Shown here: piece after piece, positions 1 to 10,340 of the stretch
Position numbering within the stretch: the first letter of the stretch is position 1
Layout: each line of letters opens with the position of its first letter
Source of the DNA: Candidatus Dormiibacterota bacterium
Lineage (GTDB): Bacteria; Chloroflexota; Dormibacteria; Aeolococcales; Bog-877
Assembly: GCA_027306595.1 (NCBI GenBank)
Contig: DAHUZI010000004.1
Coordinates: forward strand, 19,380 to 83,379
Direction: 5' to 3'
Length of the DNA: 64,000 nucleotides
Notes under the pieces: model-generated
What the model saw: only the letters and a program-made list of their open reading frames with translations
What the model was told of the DNA's origin: nothing
Databases searched by the model: none
Program-made: the position numbers and the translations under genes

Positions 1-1223
1 GCCGCCAGGCGGCTGATGTCCTCTAGTGGATTGGCTCTCAGGACCAACAGGTCCGCCCGCTTCCCCGATTCGATCGTTCCCGTGACCTCACTGATCCTGA
101 GGATCTCGGCTCCAGATCGTGTGGCCGCCACCAGCGCCTCCATCTCCGTCATCCCGGCGCCGACGAGGGCCATCACCTCATTGAGCGTCTGCACCCCGTA
201 GGGGGTGAGCTCGCTGCAGAAGGAATCGCTTCCAACCCCGATCCTCACCCCCGCGTCCCTGGCCGCCAGGAGGTTGCGCGACAGGTGCGAATGGTGCAGA
301 CGGCGTATCTCGCGCGGGTCATCCGGCAGGCGCTCCACCCCGGGGATGTATGGAGGGCCATAGGGCCCGCCGAACGTGCTCGATTGATCGAGCCACTGCG
401 TCAGGAGAACCAGGGTGGGGTTCATCGAGACACCCCTGCTCGCCATCAGCGCGATCGTCTCCTCGTCGAGATCCTCGCCGTGCTCGATCGACCAGACTCC
501 GGCCCTGACCGCGTCCCGAGCAGCCGAAGCGCACTCGCAGTGAGCGGCGACGGGCAGTTTGGCGCAGGTGGCCTCCGCAACCACGGCCCTGAGCTCGTCA
601 AAGCTGTAGTGCTGCACATCCTCCGACTCGTTCTCGTGGAGGCCGCCTCCGCTCGCCCAGACCTTGATGCAGTGGCTCCCCTGCTTGATGATCTCCCGCA
701 CCCCGGACCGAAGCTGCTCGGGACCGTCCGCGACGAAGCCCCAGGGATGCGATGTCCGCACCAGGTCGGCGGGAACGCCGCTGGCGTCACCGTGCCCGCC
801 CGTTCGGGACAGTCCCCGCCAACAGGGCACGATCGAGGGCCCCTCGATGAGACCCCTGGCGATCGCGGTCCGCAGGTGCGGTCCGTTCACCGAGATGTCC
901 CTGACGCTGGTGACGCCGTGCCGGACCAGCGCCTGCGCTTGGGCAACCGACGCCATGGACTGGAATCGGTCGTCTTCGAGCACCCAGCGGTCCTCGTCCG
1001 GGTGCGAGGCGCCACCAAGGTGGCAGTGACCGTCGATGATCCCGGGCATGAGCGTCGCACCCGACCCATCGAGCACGTGGGCGTCGCGGTCCAGGCGGAT
1101 CTCCGACTCGAGGCCGACGGCGACGATGGTCGACGCCTCAACGACGACGACCGCACGCTCCACCGGATCGCGGCCCGTGCCGTCGATCAGGGTTACGCCG
1201 GTCACCGCGATGCGCTGGCCCAC
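1..1223 (-). CDS. amidohydrolase family protein (partial; the 3' end runs off the window start)
   Basis: Minus-strand translation gives VGQRIAVTGVTLIDGTGRDP...MPGIIDGHCHL (metal-binding HxH N-terminus) and a later IKVWASGG motif. GTG start with GAGGAGG RBS about 7 bp upstream. Not in the ORF track because it runs off the edge. The + ORF 285..1304 is its antisense artefact. Confidence 0.75.
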   Translation of the reverse strand, partial: MGQRIAVTGVTLIDGTGRDPVERAVVVVEASTIVAVGLESEIRLDRDAHVLDGSGATLMPGIIDGHCHLGGASHPDEDRWVLEDDRFQSMASVAQAQALVRHGVTSVRDISVNGPHLRTAIARGLIEGPSIVPCWRGLSRTGGHGDASGVPADLVRTSHPWGFVADGPEQLRSGVREIIKQGSHCIKVWASGGGLHENESEDVQHYSFDELRAVVAEATCAKLPVAAHCECASAARDAVRAGVWSIEHGEDLDEETIALMASRGVSMNPTLVLLTQWLDQSSTFGGPYGPPYIPGVERLPDDPREIRRLHHSHLSRNLLAARDAGVRIGVGSDSFCSELTPYGVQTLNEVMALVGAGMTEMEALVAATRSGAEILRISEVTGTIESGKRADLLVLRANPLEDISRLA

Positions 1224-1565
1224 TGGTGTCTGCCTCCCTCTGCACTCTCGGTCGTGGCGCGCGCCGCCGGCTCACGCCGGGGTGGCCGGATGGGGATCCG
1301 GTGAGTTCACCGTCGTGCGGTCTCGGCCCCCCGAGGTGGTGGCCGCGGCTCGGCCCTGGCGCGCCGCGACAGCGCGGATGGTACGGGAGTGGGGCCCGTC
1401 CCGGCGAAGGCCCGACGTCCCCGTCGACCGTGATCGAGATGACCCCGAGGGGCCAAGGAGGGGTCGGCGACCGCCGGGGTCGGCACTGGCCTCGGAGTGG
1501 ACGGCGCGTCTGCCGGCCGCCGGGCGGGCGATGCTCGCCCATCGGGCCACGACTACACTCATCCC

Positions 1566-2093
1566 ATGAGCGCCATGGACGAGCACGGCCGTTCAGAACC
1601 CCCGGTCGCGGGCGACGAGTTCGCGACCGTTGCGGGCTTCCTCGAGTACCAGCGCGCCACCTTGGCGTGGAAGTGCGCGGGGCTCGATGCGTCCGGTCTG
1701 CGAACGCGGGTCGGGGCCTCGTCGATGACCCTCGGGGGGATCCTCAAGCACCTGGCCCGGGTCGAGGATCACTGGTGCTCGTGGTGGCTCCACGGGCGGG
1801 ACCGACAACTCCCGTGGGATACCGCGGACAAGGACTGGGAATGGCGCTCAGCCGCGGAGGACGCCCCCGAGCGGCTCAACGCCCTCTGGCGCGACGCCGT
1901 CGACCGCTCCCGGGCCCTCGTCGCCGAGGCCTTCGCTGACGGTGGTCTGGAGCGTCGGGCCCGCCGCAGCTCGCCCGATGGGGTCTCGCCCAGCCTGCGA
2001 TGGATCCTGGTCCACCTGATCGAGGAGTACGCGAGGCACAACGGCCATGCCGACCTCCTCCGCGAGGCGGTGGACGGGCTCGTCGGCGAATAG
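1566..2093 (+). CDS. DinB/DUF664 family protein (mycothiol-transferase-like four-helix bundle)
   Basis: C-terminal LRWILVHLIEEYARHNGHADLLRE is typical of DUF664/DinB_2. Internal ATG 1566 (MSAMDEHG) is preferred over the ORF-track start 1497. Confidence 0.65.
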   Translation: MSAMDEHGRSEPPVAGDEFATVAGFLEYQRATLAWKCAGLDASGLRTRVGASSMTLGGILKHLARVEDHWCSWWLHGRDRQLPWDTADKDWEWRSAAEDAPERLNALWRDAVDRSRALVAEAFADGGLERRARRSSPDGVSPSLRWILVHLIEEYARHNGHADLLREAVDGLVGE

Positions 2094-2634
2094 CGGCCGG
2101 GCGAATCGGCGCGGCCTCGTGAGCCCGGTTGCGACCGGGACACGACCGCACCTCGAATCCGCGGCCCATCGCTGCTCGCTGCCCGGGGCGACCGTCTGCT
2201 GCGCGGGGTGAGGCTGTCCGAGGAGGGATTCGACGATGGCCGAGCGCCGCATCGGAGTCCACCCTGGCGGTCGGCGCGGATGTGGGCGGCCGCCTGCGCT
2301 TTGAGGTGCGCCCTGACGGACCGAGGGGGGATCGCCCGCCTGAGGCGTGCGGACGCCGGCCCTGGGCGATCGCCCGTTGCCCGCCGTCCTCTCCCCCGTG
2401 GGGAGCCCGTGCCGGCCACCCCCTCCCCACCGCCGGCGGGGAGGCGACCCTGGGCCGCGGCGGCCGAGGGCGCCCATGGGCCGGGCTCGACCGACACGAC
2501 CAGCGCCGGAGGCCGATGCGCACGGGCACTCCCCGCCACGTCAACGGGCGAGCGCCTACGCTCTGCCGGCTGCACCGCTCGCGCGGCCGGAAGTCGATCG
2601 CGCGTCGGGCGTCGCGGCGCTGGACGACCCTGTC

Positions 2635-2668
<34 letters not shown>

Positions 2669-2778
2669 GCCGCCTCCAGCACCGGTGCGGCCCCTGGCCA
2701 TCCCGACCCGGCACCGCGAAGCGCTGGGGGCAGCTGTCAGCCGGCGGCGCCCACCCGGGTCGCCCCGCGCCGGCCGAT

Positions 2779-3942
2779 TCAGCTGAGGCCGTCCTCGTAG
2801 TCGAAGGCCGGCCGAATCGGCTCGCCGCGCTGGAAGCGGTCGGGCCGGAAGGCGTCGATGTCGACCGTCGCCGCCCGACCGTCGAGGATGAGCTCCGCGA
2901 GCACCACGCCGATAGCCGGGGCGAGCTTGAAGCCGGTTCCCGAGAACCCTGCCGCCAGGAACAGTCCGGGGGCGTCCGGCACCGGGCCGAGGAGCGCGCG
3001 GCCGTCAGGGGTCAGGTCGTAGATGCCGGTGTAGCCGTGGGCGATGCCGCCCCCGGCCAGCGCCGGCAGGCGCCGGGCGGCGGCCGCAACCATCGTGGCC
3101 AGCTCCTCCATGGGCGGGTGCTGGGGGAAGTGCTCCGGGTCAGACCACGGTCGGCCGCTGAACGCGCCCACCAGCGTCGACCCGGGGCCGTCCGGGCGGT
3201 GGTACGTCCGGGTCACGGCGTCGATGCAGGCGGGCCGGGGCCCCGCCGGGGCTTGGGGATCCTCGACGAGCGCGATGGCGTGAAGCTCGCCCGTGATCGG
3301 CACCTCGAGCCCCGCGCCGGCCAGCAGCGCTGGGGTCCACGGCCCCGCGGCCACGACCACCACGTCGGCGGCGACCGGACCCTCGGCCGTCTCCACCCCG
3401 ACCACCCGGGCACCGGCGCGGCGAAGGCCGGTCACCGCCACCCCTGGCCGGTAGCTGGCGCCGAGGGTGCGGGCGCGGGCGAGGAGGTCGCTGGCCACGC
3501 GCGCGCCGTCGCCGTACGCGCCCATGGGCTCGTAGGCGGCCAGCTCGTCCCCCGCGCACCGCCAGCCCGGCAGCAGGGTGACGAGGTCGGGTCCCGCGAC
3601 CAGCTCCACCGTCGCGCCGCACGCTCGCTGCATCGCGACGTTCGCCCGCAGCCGGTCCACCTCGCCGGGGCGGACGAATCGGATCAGCCCCGTCCGGCGG
3701 AGCACAGACGGGGCCCCGACGAGGTCGGGCCAGCTCTCGAACAGGGCCAGGCTCGCCACCGCGAGCTCCACCTCCGGCCGGAACGCATAGTGCATCCGCA
3801 CCAGAGCGGATGAGCGCCCGCTCATCCCCTGCCCCACGCCGTGGGTGTCCAGCACCACGATGCCCCCGGCGCGCCGCCGAGCCAGCTGGAGCGCGATCGA
3901 GCTCCCCATCACGCCAGCGCCGACGATCACGACCTCGGCCAC
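2779..3942 (-). CDS. FAD-dependent oxidoreductase (DAO family; glycine/sarcosine oxidase-like)
   Basis: N-terminus MAEVVIVGAGVMGSSIALQLARRR (GxGxxG Rossmann) and DAO-like body over 387 aa. Confidence 0.85.
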   Translation of the reverse strand: MAEVVIVGAGVMGSSIALQLARRRAGGIVVLDTHGVGQGMSGRSSALVRMHYAFRPEVELAVASLALFESWPDLVGAPSVLRRTGLIRFVRPGEVDRLRANVAMQRACGATVELVAGPDLVTLLPGWRCAGDELAAYEPMGAYGDGARVASDLLARARTLGASYRPGVAVTGLRRAGARVVGVETAEGPVAADVVVVAAGPWTPALLAGAGLEVPITGELHAIALVEDPQAPAGPRPACIDAVTRTYHRPDGPGSTLVGAFSGRPWSDPEHFPQHPPMEELATMVAAAARRLPALAGGGIAHGYTGIYDLTPDGRALLGPVPDAPGLFLAAGFSGTGFKLAPAIGVVLAELILDGRAATVDIDAFRPDRFQRGEPIRPAFDYEDGLS

Positions 3943-4013
3943 CGGCCGGTCATTCTACGGAGCCCAGGTGGGCCCCGGCGCATTCGGCGCCCCAACGCGT
4001 AGGATCCGGCCCC

Positions 4014-4799
4014 GTGGCCCCAGCCGAGCGGGCGGGCGAGCGCGGGGGATCCCCTCCCCGGGAATGGGATGCCACCGTGTACGATCAGGTGGCCTGCCCG
4101 CACGTCCGGTGGGGCGCGGCCGTGCTTGACCGACTTGCGGTCGCGGCGGACGCCGCCGTGCTCGACGCCGGATGCGGCACCGGGCGCGTCACCGAGCTCT
4201 TGGTCGCGCGGGTCCCGGCGGGGCGCGTCCTGGCGGTCGACGGCTCGCTTCGGATGCTGGCGCGGGCGCGCCAGCGGCTTGCGGGAGCGGGTGGGCGGGT
4301 GGAGTTCCTCCACCACGACCTCACCCGACCCTTTGTGGGCGTGGAGCCGGTCGACGCGGTGGTGTCGACCGCGACCTTCCACTGGATCGAGGACCACGGG
4401 CGGCTCTTCTCCGTGCTGGCTGGCGTGCTTCGGCCGGGGGGGCAGCTCGTCGGCCAATGGGGCGGCGCCGGCAACATCGCCAGGATCACCGCAGCCCTGG
4501 CGGACGCCGGGGAGATCTGGGCCGGTCCCTGGAACTTTGCCACCCCGGACGCGACCCGGGACCGCCTGCGCGCGGCGGGCTTCGACGTGGTGGACGCGTG
4601 GCTCGAGGACGACCCGGTCGGCTTCGACGATCCGCACGCCTTTCGCGAGTACCTGGGGACGCTCGTGCTCGGGGCCCACATGGATCGGCTGCCGCCCGAC
4701 CAGCGCCCCACCTTCCTGGAGGCGGTCGCCTCCCGCCTGCCGGAGCGGCTGATCGACTACGTCCGCCTCAACGTCGTCGCGCGCCGCCGCGAGGGCTGA
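4014..4799 (+). CDS. class I SAM-dependent methyltransferase (trans-aconitate methyltransferase-like)
   Basis: LDAGCGTGRVTELL motif and Tam-like N-terminal region. The start is uncertain (GTG about 4014); the ORF-track start 3810 adds a low-complexity extension. Confidence 0.65.
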   Translation: MAPAERAGERGGSPPREWDATVYDQVACPHVRWGAAVLDRLAVAADAAVLDAGCGTGRVTELLVARVPAGRVLAVDGSLRMLARARQRLAGAGGRVEFLHHDLTRPFVGVEPVDAVVSTATFHWIEDHGRLFSVLAGVLRPGGQLVGQWGGAGNIARITAALADAGEIWAGPWNFATPDATRDRLRAAGFDVVDAWLEDDPVGFDDPHAFREYLGTLVLGAHMDRLPPDQRPTFLEAVASRLPERLIDYVRLNVVARRREG

Positions 4800-4913
4800 T
4801 CGGCCGGGGGGGCCGATCCGGCGGGCGGCGTCGCCGGCGTCCGGCGCCCGGCGCCACCGTCCTCAGCGGGACCACGCCGCGGCCGGCGGTCGTTGCCTCG
4901 GCCCGGGCAGACC

Positions 4914-7313
4914 CTAGCGGCTGCCGGCTGTCCCGTCGGCGGCAGCGGCGCCGACCGCCGGCACCGCCCCGGCGGAGATGGGGAGGACGGCGCGGAAGAC
5001 CGAGCCGGCCCCGCCTGGCGCCCCGTCCACCGTCAGATGGCCGCCCATCGCCTCCACCAGCCCGCGCGCGACGGTGAGCCCGATGCCGGTCCCGCGGCCG
5101 GGGGCGGAGGCGCCCGGCGGCACCGGACCCCGCCGGAAGCGCTGAAAGATCGCCTCGCGGGCCTCGAGGGGAACCCCGGGGCCGCGGTCCTCCACCTCGA
5201 AGACTGCGCTGTCGCCGGCCCGCCAGGCCCGGACGTCGATCGGGGCGCCGTCCGGCGAGAACTTCACGGCGTTGCCCACCACCTGGATCAGGATCTGGCG
5301 GAGGCGGTCGGGGTCGACGGGGAGGAGCGCGCAGGTGTCGCCGACGACGACCGAGACCGGGTGCCGCTCGGTGGCGTGGGTCGTCTCCACGGCCTCGTCG
5401 AGGAGCGGTCGCACCCGGACCGAGACGGCCCGGATCTCGGTCGACTCCTCCTCGATCCGGGCCAGCGCCAGGAGATCCTCGACGAGCAGGTGGAGGCGAT
5501 TGGCCTCGTCGTCGATGATCCGAAGGAGCTGGTTCGCCTCCGGGCCCGGGATCGTGCCCGAGCGCAGCATCGCCGCCGCGCCGCAGATGCTCGTGAGGGG
5601 CGTGCGCAGCTCGTGGGTGACGGTGGACACGAAGTCGTCCTTCATCCGGTCCAGCTCCCGCTGGCGGGTCACATCACGGAACACCGCCACGGACCCGCCC
5701 AGGTCGCCGGGGAGCCGATGGGCCTCCATCGCCAGGAGCCGCTCGACGGAGCGGTGGACGAGCCGCGCCTCGGAGGGGGCGGCGAGCATCTCGGGGGTCG
5801 CGCCGACTCCGGCGAGGCTGACCGCCGGGAGGGTGGCCGCTGCCAGGGGACGGCCGCGCTCGTCGCGCCAGTCCAGGGTGCCGAGGTAGGCGGCGAGGTC
5901 GAGGCCAGGCCGGCAGCCGGGAAGGAACTCGGAGCCGCGATCGTTGATGCTGACCACCCGCCCGCGCGCGTCGCAGACGACCACCGCCTCGTCGAGGGCT
6001 GCCAACGTCCCTCGCAGCTCACCGAGGACGCAGGCCTGCTGGGTCGCGAGGGCGGCGAAGGCGGCCAGGGCGCGGAGCGTCTCCTGGGCCTCCTCGCCGA
6101 GCTCGGGGCGGCCCCGGTGGGCGACCAGGAGCGCCGCGTCGGCGTGCCCCGCCACATGGAACGGCAGGATGCTCACCGGCTCCGCGCTCGCGTGGAGCTC
6201 CCGGGCGACCGCGACCGTAGCCGGCTCCCCGCCCACGACCGCCTGGGGGGCGGCGGCCATCGCCGCCTCAAGTGCGGGGACGGCGCCGGGCACGTTGGCC
6301 GCGACGACGGCCCTCAGGCGCGGGACGCGGTCCGCCTCGCCCTGCCAGCTGATCCCGGCGGCCTCCGCCTCGGTCAGGTCGCGCGCCGCACTGGCCACCT
6401 CGTGCAGGAGGCCGTCCAGATCGCCGGCCGCCCGCAGCGCCGTCGTGATCCGCCGAATCCGCTCCGTCGCACGCCGGCGCCGCTCGCCCTCGCTGCGGGC
6501 GAGAAACACCATGCCGAGGAGGAGGACCAGGACGGCGAGCGGGATCGCCGCCCACCCCGCGTACCAGGTCGGGACCCGGGATGGGGCCAGCAGGAGGGTG
6601 GCGGGGGCGGCCAGGAGGACGACGCAGAACACCTGCACCCACGGCGCCAGCGGGTCGGCGGGTCGCTGGAGGCGGACTCGCGTCCAGGCGACGAGTGGGA
6701 ACTCGACCGCCACCAGCGGCACGACTTCGAGGATCCGACCCGCGAGTGTCGGGGCGGCGAACGTCCCGAGGTCGGGCAGGAGGGGGGCGAACACGAGCAC
6801 CGCCGCCAGCAGGATGAGTCCGGTGAGGATGGCAACCCCTCCGGCCGCCAGTGGGCTCCGCCGGGCCCCCTCGCCTCCGCCCCTGCGATCGGCGTCCGGG
6901 GCCCGGGTGGCGGCGACCGCCACCGAGAGGGTGGTGAGCGCCAGGAGCACCAGCCAGGCGGCCGCCGGGCCGGGGCCGGCGCCGGCGGCGGCGAGGTTCG
7001 GGTAGAGGATCGCCGCCCCTCCGAGCAGCACCGCCACCGTGAGCAGGGCGCCGCCGAGGAACTGGGCCCACGCCCCATCCGGGTCGCGTCCGCGTTCGAG
7101 GCTGATGATCCCGGTCACCGCGGCCGTGACGGCGGCCACCGCGACGGCGGTCGTCACCCAGGGGTGCAGTCCGCTGGCAGGCCCCAGCGGGAGCACGGAG
7201 AGGGCGGCCAGACAGGCGGCGGTGGCCAGGCCGGCGGCGAGGGCGGGACCGGCGGCTCGGAGCGCCCCGCGAAGTGCGGCGTCGGCTCGGGCGGAGAAAG
7301 AGGGGGTGCGCAT
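4914..7313 (-). CDS. membrane sensor histidine kinase (multi-TM N-terminus, GAF/PAS, HisKA, HATPase_c)
   Basis: VTHELRTPLTSI H-box and GTGIGLTVARGLVEAMGG G-box. No adjacent response regulator. Confidence 0.85.
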   Translation of the reverse strand: MRTPSFSARADAALRGALRAAGPALAAGLATAACLAALSVLPLGPASGLHPWVTTAVAVAAVTAAVTGIISLERGRDPDGAWAQFLGGALLTVAVLLGGAAILYPNLAAAGAGPGPAAAWLVLLALTTLSVAVAATRAPDADRRGGGEGARRSPLAAGGVAILTGLILLAAVLVFAPLLPDLGTFAAPTLAGRILEVVPLVAVEFPLVAWTRVRLQRPADPLAPWVQVFCVVLLAAPATLLLAPSRVPTWYAGWAAIPLAVLVLLLGMVFLARSEGERRRRATERIRRITTALRAAGDLDGLLHEVASAARDLTEAEAAGISWQGEADRVPRLRAVVAANVPGAVPALEAAMAAAPQAVVGGEPATVAVARELHASAEPVSILPFHVAGHADAALLVAHRGRPELGEEAQETLRALAAFAALATQQACVLGELRGTLAALDEAVVVCDARGRVVSINDRGSEFLPGCRPGLDLAAYLGTLDWRDERGRPLAAATLPAVSLAGVGATPEMLAAPSEARLVHRSVERLLAMEAHRLPGDLGGSVAVFRDVTRQRELDRMKDDFVSTVTHELRTPLTSICGAAAMLRSGTIPGPEANQLLRIIDDEANRLHLLVEDLLALARIEEESTEIRAVSVRVRPLLDEAVETTHATERHPVSVVVGDTCALLPVDPDRLRQILIQVVGNAVKFSPDGAPIDVRAWRAGDSAVFEVEDRGPGVPLEAREAIFQRFRRGPVPPGASAPGRGTGIGLTVARGLVEAMGGHLTVDGAPGGAGSVFRAVLPISAGAVPAVGAAAADGTAGSR

Positions 7314-7407
7314 CGTCGAGGGAGAGGCCCGCGAGCGGGTCCGCCCAACCCTACCGCCGATTCACGGGGCGCGGGCCGCGTTCCGGCACGCTCGGGGCGC
7401 GAACCCC

Positions 7408-7434
7408 TAAAATGGCGGTGTGTCAGTCGGATTT
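7408..7434 (+). promoter_or_regulatory. TAAAAT-N10-CAGTCGGATTT motif upstream of rrf2 (candidate -10 element plus operator)
   Basis: AT-rich hexamer in a 72% GC background. The same composite motif recurs upstream of sufB. Confidence 0.4.
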
Positions 7435-7455
7435 ACGACCCCGCCGGCGGTGGCG

Positions 7456-7983
7456 ATGCGGATCTCCAGCCGAGCGCACTACGGCCTGCGGATGATGACC
7501 GAGCTCGCCAAGCACCACGGACGGGGGCCGCTCAGCCTCACCGCCATCGCCCGCACCGAGCATCTGCCGCTCGCCTACCTCGAACAGCTGGTGGCCCCGC
7601 TGCGCCGGGGCGGCCTGGTCGAGGGGACCAGGGGCCTGCACGGCGGGTACCGGCTCACCCGGGAGCCCGCCAGTGTCACGGTCCTAGCGGTGGTCGAACT
7701 GCTTGAGGGCCCGGTGGCGCCGGTGGAGTGCCTGGCCGAGGGCTACGAGGCGGGGGCGTGCGTCCGGGAGCCGGCGTGCCTCTCCCGCGGACTCTGGGGC
7801 CGGCTCCAGTCCGCGGTCAACGGGGTGCTGGGCGGAACCACGCTCGACGACCTCGTCCGGGAGGGGCCCGCCAGCCTGGCGAGCCAGCTGCCGGTCGCTG
7901 CCGCCCATCCGCTGCCCCGCGTCGCTGACCGCACGGTCGCCGCTGGCCGCCTGCCAGGGCCTGTTGCGCCGGTGCGGGCGTGA
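7456..7983 (+). CDS. Rrf2-family transcriptional regulator (IscR/NsrR-like; three-Cys cluster)
   Basis: MRISSRAHYGLRMMTELA HTH, and a Cys triad CLAEGYEAGACVREPAC. Its stop overlaps the sufC start (GTGA). Confidence 0.8.
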   Translation: MRISSRAHYGLRMMTELAKHHGRGPLSLTAIARTEHLPLAYLEQLVAPLRRGGLVEGTRGLHGGYRLTREPASVTVLAVVELLEGPVAPVECLAEGYEAGACVREPACLSRGLWGRLQSAVNGVLGGTTLDDLVREGPASLASQLPVAAAHPLPRVADRTVAAGRLPGPVAPVRA

Positions 7984-8792
7984 CCGGCACCCTGACCCCG
8001 GTGGCGACCGAGGCCCTGGAGATCGAGGGCCTCGCCGTCGAGGTGGACGGCACGCGGATCCTGGACGGGGTCGACCTCAGGGTCCCGCGGGGCGAGGTCC
8101 ATGCCCTCATGGGACCGAACGGGTCGGGCAAGTCCACCCTCGCCTACACGGTGCTCGGCCATCCCAAGTACCGGGTGGTCGCGGGCGACTGCCGCTGGGG
8201 CGGGATCAGCCTGCTCGCCCAGACGCCCGATGAGCGCGCCCGCCGAGGCCTGTTCCTCTCCCTCCAGTACCCAACTGCGATCCCCGGGGTGTCGGTCGTG
8301 AACTTCCTGCGTGCCGCGCTGAAGGCGCACGGCCGAGATCTGCCTGCGCGCGAGCTGCTTATGACCCTTCGCCGGGAGCTTGAGGCGCTCAAGATGGATT
8401 CGGCCTTTCTCTCCCGTTACATCAACGACGGATTCTCGGGCGGGGAGAAGAAGCGGATGGAGATCGTCCAGCTGGCGGTGCTCCGACCGGCGCTGGCAAT
8501 CCTGGATGAGACCGACAGCGGGCTCGATGTCGACGCCCTTCGCACGGTCGCCGAGGGGGTGAACCGGGTGCGGGGTGCCGACATGGGCATCCTCATCATC
8601 ACCCACTACCAGCGCATCCTCGACTACGTCACCCCCGACCGGGTCCACGTGATGGCCGCCGGGCGGGTGATCGCGTCCGGGGGCCGGGAGCTGGTCGACC
8701 GGATCGAGCGCGAGGGGTACGACCGGCTCCTCCAGGCGGCGGGGCTGGAGCCAAGCCGCCTGGAAGGCGCGGGGTCGGCCGCCAGCGCGTAA
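7980..8792 (+). CDS. sufC: Fe-S cluster assembly ATPase SufC
   Basis: Walker A GPNGSGKST, ABC signature FSGGEKKR, SufC-like length. Confidence 0.95.
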   Translation: MTGTLTPVATEALEIEGLAVEVDGTRILDGVDLRVPRGEVHALMGPNGSGKSTLAYTVLGHPKYRVVAGDCRWGGISLLAQTPDERARRGLFLSLQYPTAIPGVSVVNFLRAALKAHGRDLPARELLMTLRRELEALKMDSAFLSRYINDGFSGGEKKRMEIVQLAVLRPALAILDETDSGLDVDALRTVAEGVNRVRGADMGILIITHYQRILDYVTPDRVHVMAAGRVIASGGRELVDRIEREGYDRLLQAAGLEPSRLEGAGSAASA

Positions 8793-8817
8793 AATACGGT
8801 CGAGGCAGTCGGATTTT
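8791..8817 (+). promoter_or_regulatory. second copy of the TAAAAT-N10-CAGTCGGATTT motif (candidate internal promoter/operator for sufB)
   Basis: The TAAAAT overlaps the sufC stop codon. 11/11 identity to the rrf2-upstream CAGTCGGATTT. Confidence 0.4.
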
Positions 8818-8858
8818 CAGCGCCCCGGGTGTCGGGGCTTCAGTGAGGCGCTCCCCCC

Positions 8859-10259
8859 ATGGCAGTTGCCGCCAAGGACCTGACCAAGGACTACCAGTTC
8901 GGCTTCAACGACGGGGAGGTCTACGTCTTCAAGGCGGCAAAGGGCCTCTCGCGTGAGGTGGTCGCCGACATCTCCCGGCGCAAGAGCGAGCCGGCGTGGA
9001 TGCTCGCCTACCGGCTCAAGGCGCTTGAGCACTTCCAGCGCCGTCCCCTCCCCACCTGGGGGGCCGACCTCAGCGAGCTGGACTTCGACGACATCTACTA
9101 CTATGTCCGGCCGGCCGAGGAGCAGGGTCGCACCTGGGACGAGGTCCCAGCGGCCATCAAGCAGACGTTCGACCGCCTCGGGATCCCCGAGGCCGAGCGC
9201 AAGTACCTAGCCGGGGTCTCCGCCCAGTACGAGTCGGAGGTCGTCTACCACTCGATCAACAAGGATCTCGAGCGCCAGGGGGTGATCTTCTGCGACTGCG
9301 ACACCGGGCTGCGCGAGCACGAGGACATCTTCCGCCAGTACTTCGGCACCGTGGTACCTCCCAACGACAACAAGTTCGCCGCGCTCAACAGCTCGGTGTG
9401 GTCGGGGGGGTCGTTCGTCTACGTACCCAAGGGCGTTCGGGTGGAGATTCCGCTCCAGGCCTACTTCCGCATCAACAGCGAGAGCATGGGTCAGTTCGAG
9501 CGGACCCTGATCATCGCCGAGGAGGGCAGCTTCGTCCATTACGTGGAGGGCTGCACGGCTCCCACGTACAGCCGCGACTCCCTCCACAGCGCCGTGGTGG
9601 AGATCATCGCCCAGCCCGGCGCCCACGTCCGCTACACGACCATCCAGAACTGGTCTACCAACGTCTACAACCTCGTCACCAAGCGGGCGATCGCTAAGGC
9701 GGGGGCGACGGTGCAGTGGGTGGACGGCAACCTGGGCAGCAAGGTGACCGCCAAGTACCCGTCGATCTACCTGATGGGCGAGGGCGCCCACGGCGAGATC
9801 CTCTCGGTGGCGTTCGCGGGCGACGGCCAGCACCAGGACGCCGGTGGCAAGTGCATTCACGTCGCGCCCAACACCACCAGCACGATCGTCAGCAAGTCGG
9901 TCAGCAAGGGCACCGGGCGCACCTCCTACCGGGGCCACCTCAAGGTCCACCCGCGGGCGCACGGGGTTCGGAGCACCGTCCGCTGCGACGCGCTCCTGCT
10001 CGACGAGTCGGCCCGCAGCGACACCTACCCGTACATGGACATCGAAGCCGATGACGTCGAGATCGGCCATGAGGCGACGGTGAGCAAGGTCGGTGACGAG
10101 CAGCTCTTCTACCTGGGGTCCAGGGGCATCTCCGAGCAGGAGGCCACCGCGATGGTGGTGAACGGCTTCATCGAGCCGTTCACCAAGGAGCTGCCGATGG
10201 AGTACGCGGTTGAGCTCAACCGTCTGATCGCCCTCCAGATGGAGGGGAGCGTCGGCTGA
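8859..10259 (+). CDS. sufB: Fe-S cluster assembly protein SufB
   Basis: Full-length SufB-like sequence (466 aa) with conserved C-terminal beta-helix region. Confidence 0.95.
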   Translation: MAVAAKDLTKDYQFGFNDGEVYVFKAAKGLSREVVADISRRKSEPAWMLAYRLKALEHFQRRPLPTWGADLSELDFDDIYYYVRPAEEQGRTWDEVPAAIKQTFDRLGIPEAERKYLAGVSAQYESEVVYHSINKDLERQGVIFCDCDTGLREHEDIFRQYFGTVVPPNDNKFAALNSSVWSGGSFVYVPKGVRVEIPLQAYFRINSESMGQFERTLIIAEEGSFVHYVEGCTAPTYSRDSLHSAVVEIIAQPGAHVRYTTIQNWSTNVYNLVTKRAIAKAGATVQWVDGNLGSKVTAKYPSIYLMGEGAHGEILSVAFAGDGQHQDAGGKCIHVAPNTTSTIVSKSVSKGTGRTSYRGHLKVHPRAHGVRSTVRCDALLLDESARSDTYPYMDIEADDVEIGHEATVSKVGDEQLFYLGSRGISEQEATAMVVNGFIEPFTKELPMEYAVELNRLIALQMEGSVG

Positions 10260-10340
10260 CGCCGGGCGCTGGCGTTGCCGGGCCGCCCCGTCCGGGCCCG
10301 CTCGGCCGCCCGCGGCCCGGACCGGCGCCGACCCCGAGCC

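Noticed and set aside
285-1304. 339-aa + strand ORF from the track
   Set aside because: Arg/Asp/Pro-rich with no motifs. The opposite strand in the same interval translates to a clear amidohydrolase, so this is an antisense artefact.
2218-2286. 22-codon ORF with a strong GAGGAGGG Shine-Dalgarno in the 2.1-2.8 kb gap
   Set aside because: No supporting features, and it terminates inside low-complexity sequence. Likely chance.
4893-7706. 937-aa + strand ORF
   Set aside because: Antisense to the histidine kinase. Extreme Gly/Arg/Glu bias typical of GC-rich shadow ORFs.
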